51,490 nt of DNA from Erysipelothrix sp. GTDB lineage: Bacteria > Bacillota_I > Bacilli_A > Erysipelotrichales > Erysipelotrichaceae. How positions within the stretch are numbered: position 1 is the first letter of the stretch; each line of letters starts with the position of its first letter. The stretch lies in the NCBI GenBank assembly GCA_012728555.1, contig JAAYEW010000054.1, positions 1-51,490 on the forward strand, written 5' to 3'. The position numbers and the translations under genes are program-made. The notes under the pieces are model-generated. The model saw nothing but the letters and a program-made list of their open reading frames with translations. It was not told the DNA's origin and searched no databases. Below are positions 47,241 through 51,490 of this stretch, in pieces.

Positions 47241-47621
47241 ATGATTGAAAAAATATTGATTTCTTCAAGTCCACGAGTTGGTACAAAATATGAGATGGTG
47301 ATTGATTTGGTTCATCCGTCTATCGACTACAAAGATGGTTTTAAACAAAATGAAGCTTTCTTTAAAATAACAGATCAAGAGTATCAAGTCGTGCGTGAAG
47401 TTCTACAAAGAATCTTAGAGATAAGACCAGAGAATTATCAAGGAATGATTACAACCAATGGATTTTACTGGGAGTTTGACCTTATTAATGATCGACACAA
47501 AATGAGAGAAATTGAAGGAATAAACGTCATCGACCAACAGATACTCGATATTTTATCGCTTCTACAAAAAACGTTTAAAAAGGAATTAGGAGTCTCTATT
47601 CTTACTGAGTTTGTCAGATAG
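47241..47621 (+). CDS. Hypothetical protein (126 aa)
   Basis: ORF with RBS GAAAGGAAG upstream of the ATG at 47241. I recognise no motif. Confidence 0.5.
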   Translation: MIEKILISSSPRVGTKYEMVIDLVHPSIDYKDGFKQNEAFFKITDQEYQVVREVLQRILEIRPENYQGMITTNGFYWEFDLINDRHKMREIEGINVIDQQILDILSLLQKTFKKELGVSILTEFVR

Positions 47622-47650
47622 ATAGAGACTTTTTGTGGTACAATAAATTT

Positions 47651-48430
47651 ATGGAAAAATGGATAGAAAAGATCAAAGATATTCTGAAAGAAGCTCATCG
47701 TTTAATACTAGATTCAATGAAAGAGTCATTAACGATTGAAACCAAATCGAATCGTCGTGACTTAGTCACTCAAGTTGATAAAAATGTTCAAAAATTTATA
47801 ACCAATCAACTAGAGACTCTTTTTGTTAATCATAAAGTCGTTGGAGAAGAATCTTATACAGGATCAATTGACTTAAATGGTCATGTTTGGATTGTTGATC
47901 CAATTGATGGAACAGCTAATTTTGTAAAGCAACAAAAAGATTATGGAATTCTACTTTCTTATTACAATGACGGAATTGGTCAACTCGGGTTTATACTGGA
48001 TGGTAACACTGGCGACATCTATGTTGCCATCAAAGATCAAGGGGTTTTTGTTAATGACAAAAGAATTGACATCAAACAAAATTTATCACTCAAAGACAGT
48101 TTAATAAGTGTTTCTGTTGAGGGTTTGTTTATAAGAAACTATGGCCAAAAAATTTCATCCAAAGCTTTCGGTATTCGTTACAAAGGAGCTGCTGTTCAAG
48201 ATGGGTTAATGGTCATTAATGGTCAAACAGGAGCATTCTTAGCTTTACAATCAGGTCCATGGGACTTTGCGGCACATATTGTGTTTGCGAAAGAATTAGG
48301 ACTGAAGTGTCTCAAATTAGATGGATCAAATAGACAAGCGAATGATCATGGCTTTTGTGTTTTTGGTCAAGAAGAAGTCTGTAGGGAACTATTGGAAATA
48401 GTAAAGGGGATAGACAATGAAAACTGTTAA
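47651..48430 (+). CDS. Inositol monophosphatase-family protein (SuhB-like)
   Basis: 'WIVDPIDGTANF' and 'EE' metal-binding motifs. Confidence 0.85.
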   Translation: MEKWIEKIKDILKEAHRLILDSMKESLTIETKSNRRDLVTQVDKNVQKFITNQLETLFVNHKVVGEESYTGSIDLNGHVWIVDPIDGTANFVKQQKDYGILLSYYNDGIGQLGFILDGNTGDIYVAIKDQGVFVNDKRIDIKQNLSLKDSLISVSVEGLFIRNYGQKISSKAFGIRYKGAAVQDGLMVINGQTGAFLALQSGPWDFAAHIVFAKELGLKCLKLDGSNRQANDHGFCVFGQEEVCRELLEIVKGIDNENC

Positions 48431-49778
48431 AGATTCACTAGGGGAAATAACAATTGAGGAAACAGCTCTTTATGGAGCAAGTACAGCAAGAGCGAAAATC
48501 AATTTTAAAATTGGTGATCAATTAATGCCATTACAACAAATTTACAGTATTGCGTTAGTGAAGAAGGCATGTGCTCTGTCAAATCGTGATTGTCAGAAAT
48601 TGTCCAATGAAAAATGTCAATACATTGTTTCCGCCTGTGATGACATTTTAAATGGTGTAGTCGATGATCAATTTGTTTTATCGATGTATCAAAGTGGTTC
48701 TGGTACACAAAGTAACATGAACGTCAATGAAGTAATTGCTGGACTTTCACATCACAAATTACACCCTAACGATGATGTCAACATGTCACAAAGTACCAAC
48801 GATGTTTTTCCAACAGCGATGCACTTAACGACACTTCGTTTGTTTTTAGAAAACCTATTACCGGCATTAGACCGAGTGATTGCTTCGTTACAATCTTTTG
48901 AAAATAAAACAAACACCATTTTTAAAGTAGGGAGAACTCATCTCCAAGATGCGATTAGTTTAAGTGTTGCTCAAGAGTTCAGTGGATATCGAAGCACCTT
49001 AGAAGATAACAAACAATTACTTCTAAATGCTAGTGAATCATTAAAGAAACTTGCTATTGGCGGTACCGCGGTTGGTACGGGATTGAATACACACCCAGAA
49101 TATCTACGATTTGTTGAATTGCACTTAGAAAAATTAACAGGTCTTAAGCTCAATGTTTTTGTTAACAAGTTCCATCAATTATCAATGAAAGATGGAATGA
49201 CCCATTTTCATCATACGCTAGCTCTACTTGCGAGTAATTGGATTAAAATTGCTAATGACATCCGCTTTTTAGGCAGTGGACCTAGAGCAGGCTTAAAAGA
49301 ATTGATTTTACCTTCCAATGAACCAGGTTCTTCAATTATGCCAGGGAAAATTAATCCTACACAGTGGGAAGCAATGATTATGCTCTGTGTCAAAGTATTA
49401 GGTAATGATACAGTCATGAGCTTCAGTAATAGTATGGGTAATTTTGAACTCAACGTTATGATGCCTTTAATGATTGATACAATGATTGAGTCAATCTCTT
49501 TATTAACGGATGGGATGAATAGTTTTGTTGATCATTTACTAAATGACCTTCAAGTAAATAACGATACTCTGAAGCAGTACAATGAGCAAACATTAATGAA
49601 TGCTGCTGCCTTAAATCCAAAACTAGGTTACGATATAGTATCAAAATGCGTCTTAGAAGCTCATCAAAAAAAAGTTAGTTTGAAAGAAGTGGTCCTTCAA
49701 AAAGGCTTACTAAGCAGTGAGGAATATGATAGTATCATGAATATTGAACGTTTGGTTTATCAGGATGTTAAAGAATAA
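48417..49778 (+). CDS. fumC: Class II fumarate hydratase
   Basis: 'QSGSGTQSNMNVNEV' and 'GSSIMPGKINPTQ' (the GSSxMPxKxN signature). The SGSGTQ pattern favours fumarase over aspartase. Confidence 0.85.
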   Translation: MKTVKDSLGEITIEETALYGASTARAKINFKIGDQLMPLQQIYSIALVKKACALSNRDCQKLSNEKCQYIVSACDDILNGVVDDQFVLSMYQSGSGTQSNMNVNEVIAGLSHHKLHPNDDVNMSQSTNDVFPTAMHLTTLRLFLENLLPALDRVIASLQSFENKTNTIFKVGRTHLQDAISLSVAQEFSGYRSTLEDNKQLLLNASESLKKLAIGGTAVGTGLNTHPEYLRFVELHLEKLTGLKLNVFVNKFHQLSMKDGMTHFHHTLALLASNWIKIANDIRFLGSGPRAGLKELILPSNEPGSSIMPGKINPTQWEAMIMLCVKVLGNDTVMSFSNSMGNFELNVMMPLMIDTMIESISLLTDGMNSFVDHLLNDLQVNNDTLKQYNEQTLMNAAALNPKLGYDIVSKCVLEAHQKKVSLKEVVLQKGLLSSEEYDSIMNIERLVYQDVKE

Positions 49779-50271
49779 TAAATTCTGTATTCAATGTGGT
49801 CGTCCTTTGACAAAACAACTAGATAGTGAAAAGTCATTGGTTTCATATTGTCAAACGTGTCAAACTTTTCAGTATGATCCTTTTAATGTAGCTGTCTCGA
49901 TGATTCTTTTGAATCCAACCCGGGATAAACTCTTGCTTGTTAAACAATACGGACTAGATCATTTTCGTTTAGTAGCAGGTTATGTTAATAAAGGAGAAAA
50001 TGCGACAGAATGTATCCACAGAGAGCTTTACGAAGAACTTAAATTAGATGCTCTTGAAATAAGATACAACGATACAGCTTATTTTGAACCAACGAATACA
50101 TTAATGATTAATTATATTGTTACACTCAGCAGTGAATTGGTTGAGAGTAATGATGAAATCGATGAAGCCATGTGGATGAGTTTTGAAAACGCGAATAAAC
50201 TCATTAAACCTCAGAGTTTAGCTGAACTATTTTTAAGAAAATTTTTAATGGAGAAACAACATGGAAACTGA
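49765..50271 (+). CDS. NUDIX hydrolase with N-terminal zinc ribbon
   Basis: 'CIQCG...CQTC' ribbon and Nudix box 'GYVNKGENATECIHRELYEELKL'. The start is uncertain (ATG 49765 or TTG 49744). Confidence 0.75.
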   Translation: MLKNNKFCIQCGRPLTKQLDSEKSLVSYCQTCQTFQYDPFNVAVSMILLNPTRDKLLLVKQYGLDHFRLVAGYVNKGENATECIHRELYEELKLDALEIRYNDTAYFEPTNTLMINYIVTLSSELVESNDEIDEAMWMSFENANKLIKPQSLAELFLRKFLMEKQHGN

Positions 50272-51490
50272 TAACAAATATGAACTACTGCTTCGTGAGC
50301 TGCTTAATCTTTCACAAGAAGAATTTGATGAGTATATTGAACACGTGCATCCTTCAGATTTATTAGAACTGATTAATGATGACGTCCTTGAATTTGATCG
50401 AAAAGCGTTATTAGAACGATTGCCTGATGAACTAATCGCAGACTTGCTTGATGAAGAAGAGGAAGAAGATAAATACGAACTCTTGCTTCAAATTCGTGAA
50501 GACAAACGAAAACAAGTTATCGATGAAATGTCGTCGGATGAACTCGTTGACATGTTAAATGCCATTGAAGATGATGATGATAAACAAGAAGTTATTGAAC
50601 TGTTGGATCAAGAAGAACAAAAAGAAGTTCAACAACTTCTTTCGTATGACCAATACAGTGCTGGTGGAATCATGGCCACGGAGTTTATCTCAATTTATGA
50701 TAATAAAACTATTCGTAAAGTATTGGCTTATTTACGTGAAATAAAAGATGAAGTTGAAAATCCATTTTCTCTTTATGTTACTGATCGCCAACACCATCTC
50801 AAAGGTGTTTTATCATTAAGTGATATTGTTACGGCTGATCTTGATGAGATGGTACTGGATGTGATGAATCCAAATGTGATTACAGTTCATTATCAAATGG
50901 ATCAAGAAGAAGTCGCCAGAGAATTTGAGAAGTATAACTTTTTAGCAATGCCCGTGATCGATGACCAGAACAGAATTATTGGAGTCATAACAGTAGATGA
51001 TATTATGGAAGTAATTACGAAAGAAGCAACGGCCGATATGCTTCAAATGGCAGGTGTCCATGCAGAAGAAACCGTGGATTCAAGTATTATTGAGACGATT
51101 AAATCGCGCTTACCGTGGTTATTAGTTAACTTATTGACAGCTATCTTAGCTAGCAGCATCGTAAATTACTTTTCTGATACAATTGGAAAAGTCGTTGTCT
51201 TAGCAGCACTAAATCCAATCATTACAGGGATGGGAGGCAATGCAGGAACCCAAACATTAACTCTGATTTGTCGTTCTATTGCTTTAGGAGAAATTGATAA
51301 ATCCAATTCATTGTCGACACTCTTTAAAGAAATCATAAGTGGAATATTTAATGGGTTCGTAGTTGGAATGTTAGTAGGGACTGTCGGCTATGTCTTAAGT
51401 AAAAATATTTGGATTGGAGTTATTGTAGGGGGAACCATGCTAGTCAACATGGTAGTTGCAGTCATTGCTGGATTTGGGATTCCATTGTTC
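50261..51490 (+). CDS. mgtE: Magnesium transporter MgtE (3' end beyond the window)
   Basis: Not in the ORF track because it is open-ended. My translation gives METDNKYELL..., then an acidic MgtE N-domain, two CBS motifs ('VTDRQHHLKGVLSLSDI', 'PVIDDQNRIIGVITVDDI') and the TM-domain motif 'GMGGNAGTQTL'. The frame is open for 410 codons to the window edge. Confidence 0.9.
   Translation, partial: METDNKYELLLRELLNLSQEEFDEYIEHVHPSDLLELINDDVLEFDRKALLERLPDELIADLLDEEEEEDKYELLLQIREDKRKQVIDEMSSDELVDMLNAIEDDDDKQEVIELLDQEEQKEVQQLLSYDQYSAGGIMATEFISIYDNKTIRKVLAYLREIKDEVENPFSLYVTDRQHHLKGVLSLSDIVTADLDEMVLDVMNPNVITVHYQMDQEEVAREFEKYNFLAMPVIDDQNRIIGVITVDDIMEVITKEATADMLQMAGVHAEETVDSSIIETIKSRLPWLLVNLLTAILASSIVNYFSDTIGKVVVLAALNPIITGMGGNAGTQTLTLICRSIALGEIDKSNSLSTLFKEIISGIFNGFVVGMLVGTVGYVLSKNIWIGVIVGGTMLVNMVVAVIAGFGIPLF

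Noticed and set aside
50200-50270. An M-box (Mg2+) riboswitch upstream of mgtE. I also looked for a TPP riboswitch near thiN and for T-box or other leaders.
   Set aside because: The mgtE start overlaps the preceding NUDIX gene and the thiN start overlaps rpe, so there is no untranslated leader to hold a riboswitch.

Overview
This is a low-GC Bacillota-type chromosome segment with standard TGA stops. The gene content is Bacillus- or Erysipelotrichia-like; I cannot assign a taxon from sequence alone. It is densely packed and mostly on the + strand, and most of it is ordinary housekeeping DNA.

Gene blocks, left to right:
1. The 3' part of an Lpd-like flavoprotein gene and a metallophosphoesterase.
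2. The class I heat-shock operon hrcA-grpE-dnaK-dnaJ behind a CIRCE operator. An odd overlapping two-gene module follows (a CxC-rich small protein plus a GNAT/all-alpha fusion), then clpB flanked by two more CIRCE elements.
3. A membrane protein, a DUF45/YgjP-like metallopeptidase and rqcH.
4. A compacted 'ylo' cluster: gmk-priA-rsmB-rlmN-prpC-prkC-rsgA-rpe-thiN, with rpmB on the opposite strand.
5. An amino-sugar operon: nagA, a DAGK-like kinase fused in frame to nagB, and a Cof-type phosphatase.
6. trxA.
7. An XRE-cupin regulator followed by potABCD.
8. TraX, then birA-bioY.
9. A citrate-fermentation block: pckA on the opposite strand, then oadH-like, the biotin carrier, oadB, an unannotated 44-aa OadG-like peptide, citX, oadA, a small membrane ORF, citDEF and a CitMHS transporter. 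A decayed IS3-family remnant follows, then citG and a GntR (CitO-like) regulator on the minus strand.
10. A hypothetical protein, an IMPase-family protein, fumC, a NUDIX hydrolase and the 5' part of mgtE.

I saw no rRNA, tRNA, CRISPR array or recognisable riboswitch.

The candidates most worth follow-up are:
- the CxC-protein/GNAT-immunity-like module inside the HrcA-controlled region;
- the apparently split OadG (a soluble tandem-tail protein plus a separate membrane-anchor mini-ORF);
- the lipid-kinase-like::NagB fusion;
- the absence of citC from an otherwise complete cit/oad cluster.

All family assignments come from motif recognition by eye. No database search was run.
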